Below are positions 33,301 to 46,223 of a DNA stretch of 64,000 nucleotides, piece after piece. The stretch spans positions 2,869,603-2,933,602 of the forward strand of contig CM082577.2 of NCBI GenBank assembly GCA_040954595.2, read 5' to 3'. The number at the start of each line of letters is the position of its first letter. Within the stretch, counting starts at the first letter, position 1. The translations under genes and the position numbers were made by a program. Under the pieces are notes generated by a model, which made no database searches, was not told where the DNA came from, and worked only from the letters and a program-made list of their open reading frames with translations. The stretch comes from Balanoglossus misakiensis. Its lineage: Eukaryota; Animalia; Hemichordata.

Positions 33301-34255
33301 GTTGAAATAAGTTTGAGAAATACAATCAATCAATAAAGGGTAATAAATCACCTCCTAATCTCAGAGCATCAAAAATATGATATGTCCTGATTCCAAGTAA
33401 AACAAAGGTCAACCAAGGTCAACTTACAGCCATAGGTTTTTCAAGCAGGATGTGATATCCTTTCTCGGCACAGGCTACAGCTGGTTCCTGCAATTGATAC
33501 AAATGCCGAAAATCATGTATGTTTTAAACGCTTTCATTCTACCTCAAACAAAATGAATCAAAATGAGAGAAGAAAAAACCAGGAAAGTGAAAAGATTAAA
33601 TTACCTTGTGAAGTCTGTCTGGAGTGGCTATGATGACAGCGTCTGCAAATTTATCACGTTTGACAAATTCTGACCAGTCTGAGAAGACGTTTTCGTTTGG
33701 GATTTTAAGCCATGTTTGCATTTGCTTGGCTTTGATTTGTCGGGGTTCAGCCACGCCTACAATCTGTTGAAAGAGTAAGGACAGCAAAATCGTGAATCCT
33801 TTAGATGGTTAAACAATGAACATAAATAAATTTGGACAGACGGTAAAGGCTAAGGTCACAGCAATTAAGTTTGTCATCAAGGTACGAATCCACAAATACC
33901 AATTAAATAACAGGTGAAATTATCACAGGTCAGACTAGCCAGATAACCAGTAATAATAACAAAAATATCCATTAGATATCGCAACACTTCATCAAAGATT
34001 GCACCAGAGGGTACGTGTCAGACTGATGGTCTTATTAAAGGGATAGCAGCTGTAACTTTACAATTTTGTAATAATGGCATGTTTAAATGTCAAGTATGCA
34101 AATTACATGTGACATTTTCTGTAGGAGCTCCAAAGCCTTCCGTGTTTAAACACCAACAGACCTACCTTTAATTTTTCGGGAAAATCGACGCCATACAGAG
34201 CATAACCAGGGCCCCTTGAACCAGCACCAATGATGACTGCGGTGACTTGCTTCAT
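30344..34255 (-). CDS. Gfo/Idh/MocA family NAD(P)-dependent oxidoreductase (YteT-like), multi-exon
   Basis: [15 protein letters not shown] (Rossmann), [121 protein letters not shown]; stop at 30344-30346. Confidence 0.9.
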
Positions 34256-35472
34256 TTTGTTTCCAGTGTCAGATTTATTCCTGAAATTGATTTTAGAAGT
34301 TACTGTCGCTTATTTATCCTCTGCATGGCAGGACTGTGTGAGTGTGTCGTACGGCTGTGCCTCCACGTCAGTACGTCACCCACACACAGCCCTGCCACAC
34401 AAATCTATTTTTGGTCATGACTAAAGACTCACATTGACATGTACATTGTATACATGTACATGTCACCATGGAGACATGCAGGCCTGGGAGACATGAACAT
34501 CTGCAAATATCTGACACATTTTGGCAACATATCAGTGGTACATTTCCAGTCGAACCAGAAACCATACGATCATTCGATCGTGATGCAACGTGCAAGCTTC
34601 GTGCGTAGTTGTATCAGTGGGGCTTGAAGCGTAAACATGGTAAAGTTGACTGTGCAGAGTCAAACGACCTTCAGATCTAGACATATACTCAACATGCGTC
34701 ACTCACAAGCGGATGACGGGCAACTTAACTGCAGTCGGCCAACAACTCACAGAATGATTTGGTACACATACAGGTGTACTAACAACAATATGGGCACCGG
34801 TCGGCCAACAACCTACCTGTCACCAATACGACTGGGTCAACAATAGTGCAAGGTCAACTTGAACTGCGCCCTCTGTAGTGCATGTAGTGAAATCTACTTG
34901 TCCACTGGCCCATGACTGGCCAAGTGTGACGACAATCCATCACTCACGGCCACTTAAAGGTTCGGAGTGTGTCCTGCAGTGCTCGCTCTCTCCACAATTG
35001 CCTTGGCTATTCGCAAAATAACACGACTGGAACTATTTTGGGATAATTGCACGGAAAAGTGTGTAAAACGCTGAGCAGGGTACGTGCATACTATGCACCC
35101 GCTGTATTTGTCGTCGTGTTCTTTTTTGTTCAAAGAAGGCCTGAATCACGACTTTCTAATCAAGCACATTAGACAGAGCTCATTTTATGGAGAAAATTAT
35201 ACAAAATTAGTTCTAGTCGTGTTCCTCAACATTTCTTCGGAATCGAACAACATGTAGGGTAAAGAACTCATAATTTATATATATATAAAAGCAATCTTGC
35301 TGTCAATGCAGTAAGGATTGCAGATCGCGTACTTGCAATTGGGTCATTTGATAAATATATTTATTGAAACTGTAAATTATATTTAGCTTTTATTGGAATA
35401 AAGACAATGAAAACGTGATTTAATATTCCAAAGGCGGCAACTACAAACAATTCATTGAACCCCACAGATAGT

Positions 35473-35572
35473 TATAAAGCGGCCAGTGAAGGCTACAGGA
35501 ACAGTGAATACGGTCCTTTGATTCCAGAACGTTTCGTTGCTAGCAGCGCTGTTAATCTATAAGTCGTGAGAG
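35473..35572 (+). promoter_or_regulatory. TATA box and non-coding exon 1 of inhibitor paralogue A
   Basis: TATAAAG at 35473; exon ends tcgtgagag|gtaagt, same exon-1 end as paralogues B and C. Confidence 0.65.
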
Positions 35573-35898
35573 GTAAGTATATACTTTTGCTAGTTCGTGT
35601 ACTATAGGCGTGCATCATACTCGCGTGCAAGAGCTACGAACTTGCAAAATATAAGGACTGTCTCATAACTTTTGCAAATGTCGCTTGTTTTAGGGACAAG
35701 GTGGGATTTCTCGTGCGGTCCCAATTTTGTCGTCATGTCTTCTTCTGTAGGCCTCCTGCATCCGCGGGCCTCGTACATTTGAATGTTTACTGAACACCAA
35801 GCCGACAAAATAACATCTTTGTGCAACTGCGTAAACCAGCAGTTAAAGAACACATTTCATGATTGTTTTATTCCCCCAGCTAAAACCGTGTGGTAACA

Positions 35899-38040
35899 AT
35901 GTTGTCCCTAAAACTGCAACTGGTCATCGCAGTGGCGTTATTGTCCGTTGCTGAAGCTGGCCTGCATGGCCTCAATGGCGCCGGCCTCAATGGCCTGAGG
36001 CTGAGACCAAGCCGGGTGAAGAGGGCGGTAAGTTCCAAATTTGTAGACATTGTGTTCGAACATTTACAAGATATGCAGATGATTGAATGCAGAGCGTGTT
36101 TATCACATTCCATAGCCAGTCTTGCATGTAGAATTTTTGAGAAAACGATAAAAATAGATATCCCCTGATGTGAGGAGAGGTGTTTATTAATAATTAGTGT
36201 CCATTCTTATTCTCAGCTAATGTATTTTCGTCCAGGAAAGTCCATCATAGCAGGCATAGCAGGTAAGTAAACCTATTTCAGGTGTTTTTTTATTACTTGA
36301 TTATACCGTTTAGGGAGCAGATGAAAAATATAAATATCACAGTATGAGAAATGTAATACGTCATGTATATTTTGAGTGTGTTTCACATACATAGTCAACA
36401 TGCGTTTGTTACGCTAGTATGAACATAACGGGGATAGAAAAGATGGTTTGTATGGAAATATCGGTGGAATTACCAACATTTATTCTATAACGAGATACAA
36501 TGGATAATCTCGACCCTTGACCTTTACACGCAGAACCGTGCGAGACTGCTGCTGCATGCGATTTTTACGCCGAGTGCGAAGATGGGAAGTGCGTTTGCCC
36601 AACTTTCTGCTTACCAGAATACGATCCCGTTTGCGGAAGTGACGACATCACTTACCAAAACACCTGCGAACTAGGGGTCAGGTCGTGTCAAGATCAAGTT
36701 GACCTTTATGTTGTCCATGTCGGTGTTTGTGAAGGTGACTCACAGTCTCCCTCCCTCCCTCCTGATCCCTCCCCTCCCTCCCTTCCCATCCCTCCCTCCA
36801 ATTTATTTTTGAAATTTTTTTAAATTTCGCTTTAAAAATATTTTGGCCTATACAAACTAACACCATCAGTTGCATTTCTGAACACTGGAGAAGAACCATG
36901 ATATTATGTCCAATTCTTTCGGCCATTCCAACAAAATAAGACTCCATTATTACTTGTAATCCATGCAAATATTACCTTTCCTTTTTTGTTTTTTTCTTAG
37001 GAGCCACGTGCCCTGATGGGTCTGCGCCTGTAAATTGCGACCCCGATCCGTGCGACGTGGAAACGTGCGACGCGTTCCCGCGCTTTTTGTGTGAGGCGGA
37101 TTACTGTGGTGACTGCAGCGCCATCTTTTATGACATGGATGGTAACGTCATCGACTGCGGTGAGTGGAATTTTCTTGAGAAATGTGTCTTGAAGAGTTGT
37201 AATCAAATCAAGACTGTGTGTAACAAAGCTGTATTTTGATAGTAGCCGACAAAGCGACCTAAATGTTTCAGTGCATCTTCTGAAGAGAAATTTGGAACAC
37301 GGGGTCACTCTTCCAAACGCTTCACGAAAATGTGCCCAGGTAAAATGAAAGCTGTCGAAATGTTTGTGATTTTTCGCCCAAAAGGAGATTTTTTATAGTT
37401 TAATATTTACAGAACAATGACAGTTCGAATAATTGCTGATAAAAGCGACAAACGAACCCATGTAAGATTGCCAGTTAATAGAAAAATAGTGTAACATTTC
37501 AAATACGTCTCTTAGTTGGTAGTAATATTTCTTTACTTTTTTTGAGGGGCGTGGTTGATTCATTGCGCATTGACATCCGCGTTTTACATCTGTATCGTTT
37601 GTCTTTACCGACAGACAACCCGTGTAACCTTCCCGCCGAGCCTGGTCCTTGCAACGAAAATCAATCCCGCTGGTATTATAGTGTGAAGTCTGGAGTGTGT
37701 GAGGAGTTCGTGTATGGCGGTTGCGAGGGAAACGCTAACAACTTTGAGAGTGAGGCAGACTGCAGCAACGAGTGTATTCCGGAGTTGGGGTGTGTATATA
37801 CTGTGTGTACATGTGCTCTTGAGTTGATCATTTCACTGCATTTGACCGAGTCTCGCGGCAATGGGAGGCCCGTTCAGTAAATGCACGATAGTTGCAAGAC
37901 TACAAGGTACAGCCATTTCGTTTGAGGGCGCTTGGGAGAGGTGGGGGGGGGGGGGGGGGGAGGTAACGGAGTGCCCTTGTTCAAAAATTAAATTGTGTTT
38001 TATCTATAATTATAGGGATGTGAACGCATTGGGCGGATAG
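35899..38040 (+). CDS. secreted FOLN-Kazal + 8-Cys module + Kunitz protein, paralogue A (last exon uncertain)
   Basis: signal MLSLKLQLVIAVALLSVAEAG, RVKR site; exons 35899-36027, 36217-36262, 36534-36734 (CVCPTFCLPEYDPVCGSDDITYQNTC), 37001-37159, 37615-~37790 (CNLPAEPGPCN..CEEFVYGGCEGNANNFESEADC). Confidence 0.85.
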
Positions 38041-40133
38041 GGTTGCCTGATGTAACCCAAGATCGTCCGAACCCGCGGATGGAGAAGATAGCATGAACTC
38101 CTTTATCGATTACGTAGTTACTTTAGTAGACACAATACTGCGCATGTGTATTAAATTCACAAATATGTTACATTTCGCATCTTTTATCTACTGAGTTCAA
38201 ATGTCTGGCATGCGTTATATTTTGAGTCATAGGAAAATAACGTTTCTCTGAACTTCAATTCCTGGGTGTTTCTGAACTTTAAGGCACATAAAATAATGAC
38301 ACAATCGTACATTGCGTGGAGTTATCCTTGGTATTGAGGTTCAACAGGGAGCACACGGAGAAAGGGACTGGTTTTGTCGCCGTAATCACGAGACATAATC
38401 ACTCGTACTGTGCCCCTGTACATACGCTTACTTCATTAAACAGTTAGATTTTCACTAGATGCTTTTAATGGTTTTGATAAAAACAGCCTGAAACCTACCA
38501 TAATCCTCTTCACCGGGCATGGTTTTACTATCCCCCCTCACCTTTTATACGGTAGCCGAGTTTTACGGACGTCGTACGTAATACAAGCGCATATCACACT
38601 TTTACTACGTATTTTGAATCTATGCGTGAGATACGGCGATATAATTGAATAAAAATTCTCGCGACATATTAAATTCAGTTCTATAATCATTAAAAAATAA
38701 AGTCCGTTTGATTCGGGGTCCTAGCACAGTACATATATAATTGCCTGCTGATTTACCATTTTGCGGCTTAGGCATCGGCATACAGTGGTACGATTCAAAG
38801 TTTGCAATGTCAGTGTACGTTTCTGCAGCTGTCCCTCGTGATCTTGGTAATGACTTTGCTTTGATGTTGCCGCCAGTAACGGCTGATAAAGTGTTGGGCG
38901 TAATGACGCCCATTTCTGCGTTTGGGTTATGGCGGCATCGCGTGAAGAAAATGTTATCACCTTTTCTATTTCTACGCGCTACACATTATTAAAATTAAGG
39001 TATATGCTTACACATGCCCATGCATATAGGGTTAAAGGGGCGTGTCTAAATCTTCGAATGATCGTTTGATCGCGCTCTGTTTTTTTTCCGGATGGCTGCT
39101 CCGTGAAATCCGTGATTAGCTATAGATGTTAACTCCCAATGATAACTGTAGCTAAATTTGCATACGTGAGGTATACAACCGAAGTTCATTCTCTCACTTG
39201 AGGTCACCGTGTATTATTTTCGAACTTCTTGGTTTTCCCCAGTTTCCAACACATATGAACTGATCACACTTCAAATCGCAACTCAAGTGCGATCTGTCAT
39301 GATTGGACAATGCCCCTTTTATTGCACATATTTGCTTCATAGTTGCTGATTTTCGGATGATGTGCGCGTTTCTATATTAGTCTGTTTTCCGCTTTATAGT
39401 TCAGTGGGCGCGAAGACACAGAATCAATCTGTCATCGTTGTGGTATTGGATAGCAGTAAGCGAGTTTTACCGAAAAAAACATCGGTTACCTCGATCATCC
39501 ATACCCGCGCTGGGAAGACAAAGACGCATCGAATCTCATCGTTCACGCGGCCATTCAATTCAAGGCGATGACTGCTGACAACACAACTTTGTCAGACCTG
39601 TACAGCTTGTGAGAGTTCGTGGTTTTCATAAGTACTGCCACAGCCAGCGATAGAATTATCAAATCGTGGCCCGTACATTTGTCAAGAATCCGTAAAGCCA
39701 AATTGTGAACTTCTCTTCCTCAATCAATAAAGCTCAGATGTGGCGTTCATTGCCGTTTTCTCTTCCCAGAGAAAGGCAACAATTTGCCACCTACAAACGG
39801 ATTTCTTTATTTTTTTCCAATATCGCGGCCAGCGAGCTTACAAACGCTCAAGCGAATTATGGGCGTCCTCGCTATGATAAGATGTGCATTTAACCTCAAC
39901 ACACTCGAACTGAATTCGATCCCATAATATATTTACTGCACTACATCTATACATATTTGCACGCCAGTGCGACACACCAAGGCCTACGACCGCGTACGCG
40001 TGCTAGTCTAGTCAGTTTATGGGTCTGACTCGACTGTCGTATACAACTTTTACTGCTACCGTATTAAAACGTTGCCGCGATACAGGGGAGGCAGTTTGGG
40101 ACAGCTCATAAACACGACCGCGGTGATTTGCGA

Positions 40134-40275
40134 TTAAAGGGCGACGATCGTCTCATGCGCATGTGCCAAACCAGAGAAAATACAACCAATGCCATAAGGC
40201 AGTGTCGTCCTAACAACATACAAGATAGCAGCGACCATAGTCTGTGTCGGAGATCTGGAAAAGATAGGGACAAAC
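40134..40275 (+). repeat. interspersed repeat, same family as 10795-10961
   Basis: ttaaagggcg..gcgcatgtgccaaaccagaga..caatgccataaggcagtg..agtctgtgtcggagatc. Confidence 0.75.
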
Positions 40276-41207
40276 TCTACTGATACGGTGAAGCGAATGC
40301 AGTCCATGAAATGCCTCGTCCACAGTAAAACAAACAGATGCATGTGGTATTTTTTTAATTCCGAAAATCTAAATATGGCCTTATCATTAACGGAAGAAAT
40401 TACAGGGGAGAGCTGGTTGCTTGGGGTCGCCATTTTTATGCGCAAGCATCTTTGAACGGCCATGAAACTTCTCGACTAAACATAACGGGTCTTTTATTAC
40501 ATACAGAATCCAAGTCAAATGTTACAACTGCCATCCCTTAGATTTACAGTCTATTATATTGCAATTTCGCATTTTAGACAAAGTAATTTATTGAAAAAAA
40601 TTATAAAGTTTGGTCTGTTCAACATATTATTAAATTGAAACCATGTAACCGGATAATTATGACAGTTTCATAGAATGCTTTGATCGGTCAAAAGCTAAAA
40701 CGATAAATTACAAAATAATGTCTTGGAAATTTTAAATATTATATTTGGGATTTGCACGACACACAAGTGGGAAGGGTCGTTGTTTTTCGTGCAAAAAATC
40801 TTTGGTAGATCACCAAATTGGTATTTCATTCAGCGACGTTAAAAAAACACCCCCTTGCAATGATTTCTGTCTGTTCCCTTTTTACACTGCCAGGTATTAA
40901 AAAAGAATCAGAATATCGATAGAATTCATTTCGATGATGGTCTTTCCATTTTTACATTCTTGAACGTAAAAGTCTGGGTTGTTATTGAGATGGTGCTCAC
41001 TAGAATATATCGTTGCTGTCAGTACGGCGTGAAATCACGCATGCTATCGCATCACACATCATCCATCAAAGCGACCGCGACCTTTTGTGTGGTCACATAT
41101 GCATGTCTCTCATTGAAAGTCGCCAAAACGAGCAAATTATCGGATTTGGATTACTTAAGGGCGTTTTCAGGCAACCTCGATTAATTTGTTAAGTCTCCAC
41201 TTGCAGC

Positions 41208-41300
41208 TATAAAAGCCACGAGCGACAGCAACGCACGTCAGACACCATCGCTTGAGTGCTGGAACTTCGCGGAGGCGCTATCGCAGACATATCGTGAGAG
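41208..41300 (+). promoter_or_regulatory. TATA box and non-coding exon 1 of paralogue B
   Basis: TATAAAAG at 41208; exon ends tcgtgagag|gtgagt. Confidence 0.65.
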
Positions 41301-42264
41301 GTGAGTTTCTGTACTCATATCATGATGGTTTACTCGTAAGACTTGATCAAAGTGATAAGGATGGGTGAACTTTTGTTGCGCACAAGAAATGGAGAGATTT
41401 TTTCACGGAATATTATTATACCACTCGCATACCTTAGGGAATACCTTAGATGTTGCCCCCTTCGCCTACTATGATTGCAGAAATAAGTTGACGTGTGTAT
41501 CAGTTTGATAGTGTGTGCTTTATGTGTTAAAGTCGTTTAAGGCAAGTTACACTTAGAAAACGCCTCTTTTCGTGGTACGTGAGTTGGTGCGGTAGGCCTG
41601 GGTCAAATCCCGTAAAGTTCAAGTCAGTTTGTAGCGATGGCGAAATTGTTTTGCTTAGTCATTCTGGGTTCTAGGTGATTTGATATCGTATATAGATTTG
41701 AAGTTTTACTGGTAAAGTAGATACGACCATTATATTAGTGGTTCTGTGTTTGTGTTTTAGTGTTGCGTGACTTCTTTAAATTAGAATATAAAAATACAAA
41801 GCAAACGAATAAGCGAATAGTCCTAAAAGACGCTCAATTTCGAACTTTTTTCAATTTCGAACTTGAAACATGAGTTTTTTGTTTAGCCGTCGTTATGAGC
41901 GAATATTAGTAATTCAGCAGAAATTCCGATAAAAGTCAAGAGCGCGTGACAGATGGATCAAGTATGATTTCAGCGATTCTTTGGCTTTTAATGTCACATA
42001 TGTTTGTTCCATTGAAAGTCAGAAAAAGGGGAAATTATCGGATTTGGTTTAATCTACCGCAAATTGGTCAACGGCATACAATTGAGGCCTGTTGAGTCAG
42101 ATAGTGATAAAATGAACGATGGAAAGCAAGGTCAGACGTCATCGTTTAAACCCTGAAAAGTCGCCGAGGTGTTATTTAATTCAATCTGGCGGAGGGATAT
42201 TGGTGCGGAGTGATTCAGTACAGCTGGTATATCGGCCTCTTTCGCTTGAAGTCTACAGGTACCC

Positions 42265-44549
42265 ATGGTAACCATGTGTGTGATGAAGTGGCACATTGTT
42301 GTTTTGGCGACAGTTATGGTCGCCCAAAGCTCAGCGCGCTCAAGTCCACGGGTAAGTCACAAGGAATAATCTATGTTCATTGCCTAACAGGCTAATTTGC
42401 ATAATACCATGTTCCTCATTGTGCGCACCTTCACTCTTCTGAACCTTACTCATTGCATATTATTCATTAAGGTTCTATGACTGGCAATGTCACGTAATAT
42501 ACAGATAATTGTAAACAGTCCAGCCCTGCAAGATGTAAAAATATACATTAATCATTTTCATGTTCTTCTATTTTATCGTCTTCTTAGATACTTAGAAGTC
42601 AAAAAACTACAGGTAAGTTAAATGTCAGTGTTGCTTATAGAGCCGTTGTCCCCGGGCCTACTTGTAACCATGTTATTTTTACTGCGCATATTTAATTATC
42701 CGTGAAATGAAATTTTATCATCATAGATAGGTGTAGGAGGTGATAATTTGTTTTTTCCCCCATAGACCCGTGCGAGGGCGTTCGATGTGGATACTACGCT
42801 TCTTGCCAGAACGGCGAGTGCGTTTGCCCGGCTGTGTGTACCCCGGAATACAATCCCGTCTGCGGTAGTGATGGATTCACGTATGCGAACCAATGTGAAC
42901 TGGAGATCTGGGCATGCCTGCACCAAACTGACATTTCCGCTCTCTTTGCCGGTGACTGTAACCGTAAGTCGGACATAAATCTTTTGAAATACTATTTGTT
43001 GCGCGCAAAAATTTGGAGGCCCTTCTTCGTCATCGTCGCAAATCATGGCAGCAGTTTCCACTTTGCGAGGTTCGCGAGAATGCTATTCGTGTACGTGTCC
43101 TGCTGCGGGTTTGGGCGCCGTCTTTACCTTTGCAGATTCGTGGCTGTTCTGTTCGGAAGGGGTCCACACTACACCGAGAACAGCCAAAACAGAGAACAGA
43201 ACAGCCAAAACGGTCACCAAAGCTAAAAGACACGGTCACTCCACACAACCGTTATTGTACATCAAATACGGCCATGTCGAAAACAAAAAAGCGTCCTCAA
43301 CAAGGATCAAATTCTTTTCGTCCAAAGGCCCTTTCGTACGGTAATAAAAAGCCAAGGCGCTAGGCGGTCCATATCATCGTCTGTTCTTCGTCTTACTTCC
43401 AGAGTGCCCGGATGGGTCTGACCCGGTAAACTGCATTGCTGACCCGTGTGCAGTGGCAACGTGTGAATTGTTTCCGGATGCCACCTGCGAAGCCAATTAT
43501 TGCGGAGGCTGTAACGCCATCTATAAGGACGCGAATGGCGACATAGTCGATTGCGGTGAGAAGTACTTCTGTGTGTTAACTGGCCGGGGTTTGCAGCCAA
43601 CTTTGGCAGCAGCTATTTATCTCTAGTATAGACACATACGATGGAATTGTATTGTAAGTGCAAGTACCCAAATCGAGTGTATACCCGACTGCGGTGGGGG
43701 TTATTACTGTTATTATAGGGTCTATGCTGTTATGTTATATAAAAATAATTTTGTGGCATATCAGTAATCATTTTCTTGGCAAAACAACAAGAGAAAAAGA
43801 ACTGATCGAAAGTCGCGTCGATGAATGTAAATACGAGCGGCCCGGGATCGAGCAGTAAGCATGAAGCAGGCGACAAAAAGTGACAAGAAATGTATCGCGC
43901 ATGGCAAAGTGCCAAACTTTACCATAGAGCAGTTCAAAAATAGAATTTTCATATATACATTTTTATACATTTCCAGACAACATATGCCACCTGCCGCCTG
44001 TGTCTGGTACCTGTGAAGCCCTCATTCCCCGCTGGTTTTACAATAAGGAGACGAGAAAGTGTGAGCAATTTACGTATGGCGGCTGCGGAGGAAATGGTAA
44101 CAACTTTGAGGGGAAGTCAGCTTGTAACAAGACATGTGTTAGATCGCCAAAAGGTTTGTAACTATCTATACTCGTGTTGATTCGCAGTGTTTGAGCGGCA
44201 GTTGTATACACCCTTGTCACAAGTCCAGAACCCTCATGCAGCCATCGTGAATTTGAACTCAAAGCGAGGGCAATGGGGGGGGGGGGGAGATCCCTTGATG
44301 TGATTGGTCAACTTTCTCCATTAGCCTCACTTTGAGTTCAAATCCATGATGGCTGCATGAGGGCGCTAGGCTGATGAAAAGAGTGTATTGGCGCTTCGCA
44401 TGGTTCTTCACCAAGTCCCCATAGTGTATAACTCACTGTAGAGGTACATGATGTAATTAGCTTTGATGGCGACAAAGCAATTGCACTAGTGTAAGAGACA
44501 ACATGATTGTCTCTTTGCATTTCTTATTACAGGTCGTGCAGCGAAATGA
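42265..44549 (+). CDS. secreted FOLN-Kazal + 8-Cys module + Kunitz protein, paralogue B
   Basis: signal MKWHIVVLATVMVAQSSA; exons 42265-42351, 42588-42612, 42766-42963 (CVCPAVCTPEYNPVCGSDGFTYANQC), 43403-43555, 43977-44153 (CHLPPVSGTCE..CEQFTYGGCGGNGNNF), 44533-44549 (GRAAK*). Confidence 0.88.
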
Positions 44550-45606
44550 TTTCGAGATACCCAGTAGTCCATTGCGCCTCCAAACAGCGGCATTTTCTGG
44601 CCAGAACAGCACGTGACTTGAAACAAATCCGCATATCGGTCTGCTGGCCACTGTACAACAGGAATACTCATTTGACCCTGTTCCTTGGTGACTTTTCCAA
44701 TCCTGCATGCGCTCATATTCATCTCACGGATTATCGAAAAATAATAAAATAATGACAAAAAACAACACCTCATGGTTGTGATTTTCTTACACATTGAGTA
44801 CTTATACAACAATCCTCATCACGTTCTGAGCGGATCAATTAAAGAATTCGACCCCACTATTACAAAACTGGGTCTCCCGGTGTCGATATCCATTCAAATT
44901 TCTCAAAAAGTTGTGTTGCACTTTTTTTGCGAAATACAAATGTGCTTGTATCTTTAGAAGGCTCCGCAACACACCCTTTATGTCGCTATCTCCGCGTTTT
45001 GATCATCAAATACCCTTAGTATCAAAACAGTTTGTGCATTTGTTTTTATCTCGACTTCAGAATGCCAATAAGGTTACGTTGCCCCCGGCCGGTGTTAAAC
45101 ATATGGCGTGTGGATTACTAAGCTGATATAAAGAAATTGTTTGTCTGAAACTGTGAATCATAAGTACCAACACACAGCCGTTACCGGATTTGAGTTGTTC
45201 TTCCATGGAATTTAATCTCATGTAATTTGCTGCGCCCTAGCAAACTCTCTTGTAATTAACCCTACAGGTGACAACAGGGGTCGACGCCATCGTTTAAAAG
45301 AATATGTCCTTGCCCGGTCGTTGTTGAGGTCAAATCATTGGAGGGGCGTCTACGTGTCACTGTGTGCGTGAATGTGTGTTTTGGAGTAGTGTACGGCCTA
45401 TTTCATGTTTGATACCAAATTTAATAAACAGGAAAACTTTGCGAGCATGAACTGCAGGTCCACACCGAGTCATGACTTCAGTGTCACGTGATGCTTACCT
45501 TCGCGTGCGCAGCAATAATTGAAAGGGGGTGTCACGACACAGCTGTTTTGGGATTTGAGTTGATCCTGCACGCAATCTCGAATAGTTTTCTGAGCCCTGT
45601 CAGTTT

Positions 45607-45701
45607 TATAAGGTTGCAAGTGGCAGCAAGAGTCGACACAATCATTTGAAGTCGTCCCTGGTCGTTACTCTGGTCGTTACTGAGATCAAATCGTGAGAGA
45701 G
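45607..45701 (+). promoter_or_regulatory. TATA-like box and non-coding exon 1 of paralogue C
   Basis: TATAAG at 45607; exon ends tcgtgagagag|gtgagt. Confidence 0.55.
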
Positions 45702-46223
45702 GTGAGTGCAAGTATTTCATTCATTCTCGATATCACACAATGGTCAGAGAGAACGACGCTTTCCCTTTTAAAGCTTGAGTACTGATTTATCATGGAATGT
45801 ACAAGCGTTTGGAAGACTATAGTGTAAGGATGGATGGCCTTTGCCTCCTTTTGCATGTGGTTGTTGAGTTAGCTGAAACAGTGTATCCAGCCGACGTCGC
45901 ATGTTGCTTGTTCTCAGATGTCGTTTGTGTTGTTTACTTGATTTTGTTTACGGAAATAAACGCGGATATCACAGTAAATGTTGGGTCGACCCAAACGGCA
46001 GTTTACACGCACACGAAGTCAACCAGGGAACTAAATTATCCTGAAAGCAAAACAAAAACATGTTGTTCCGACCGCGAGAACCAAAACACCAACCTTGGCA
46101 TGATTTTTTTTTCAAGACGAGGGTGCCCATTCATTCATGTCAGGTACTGATGACAAAATCAAGGACGTGTCATAAACAACACATTGCGTAAATGTTTACA
46201 TTTTACAGGTAACAATAGTGACT

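Noticed and set aside
30344-34255. Bacterial-like oxidoreductase as contamination or recent HGT
   Set aside because: Many canonical spliceosomal introns and embedded among animal genes; HGT cannot be judged without a phylogeny
36236-36262. Apparent stop codons in micro-exon of paralogue A (pseudogene?)
   Set aside because: Only if acceptor at 36235 is used; the upstream acceptor at 36216 gives an open phase 0-to-1 exon like those in paralogues B and C
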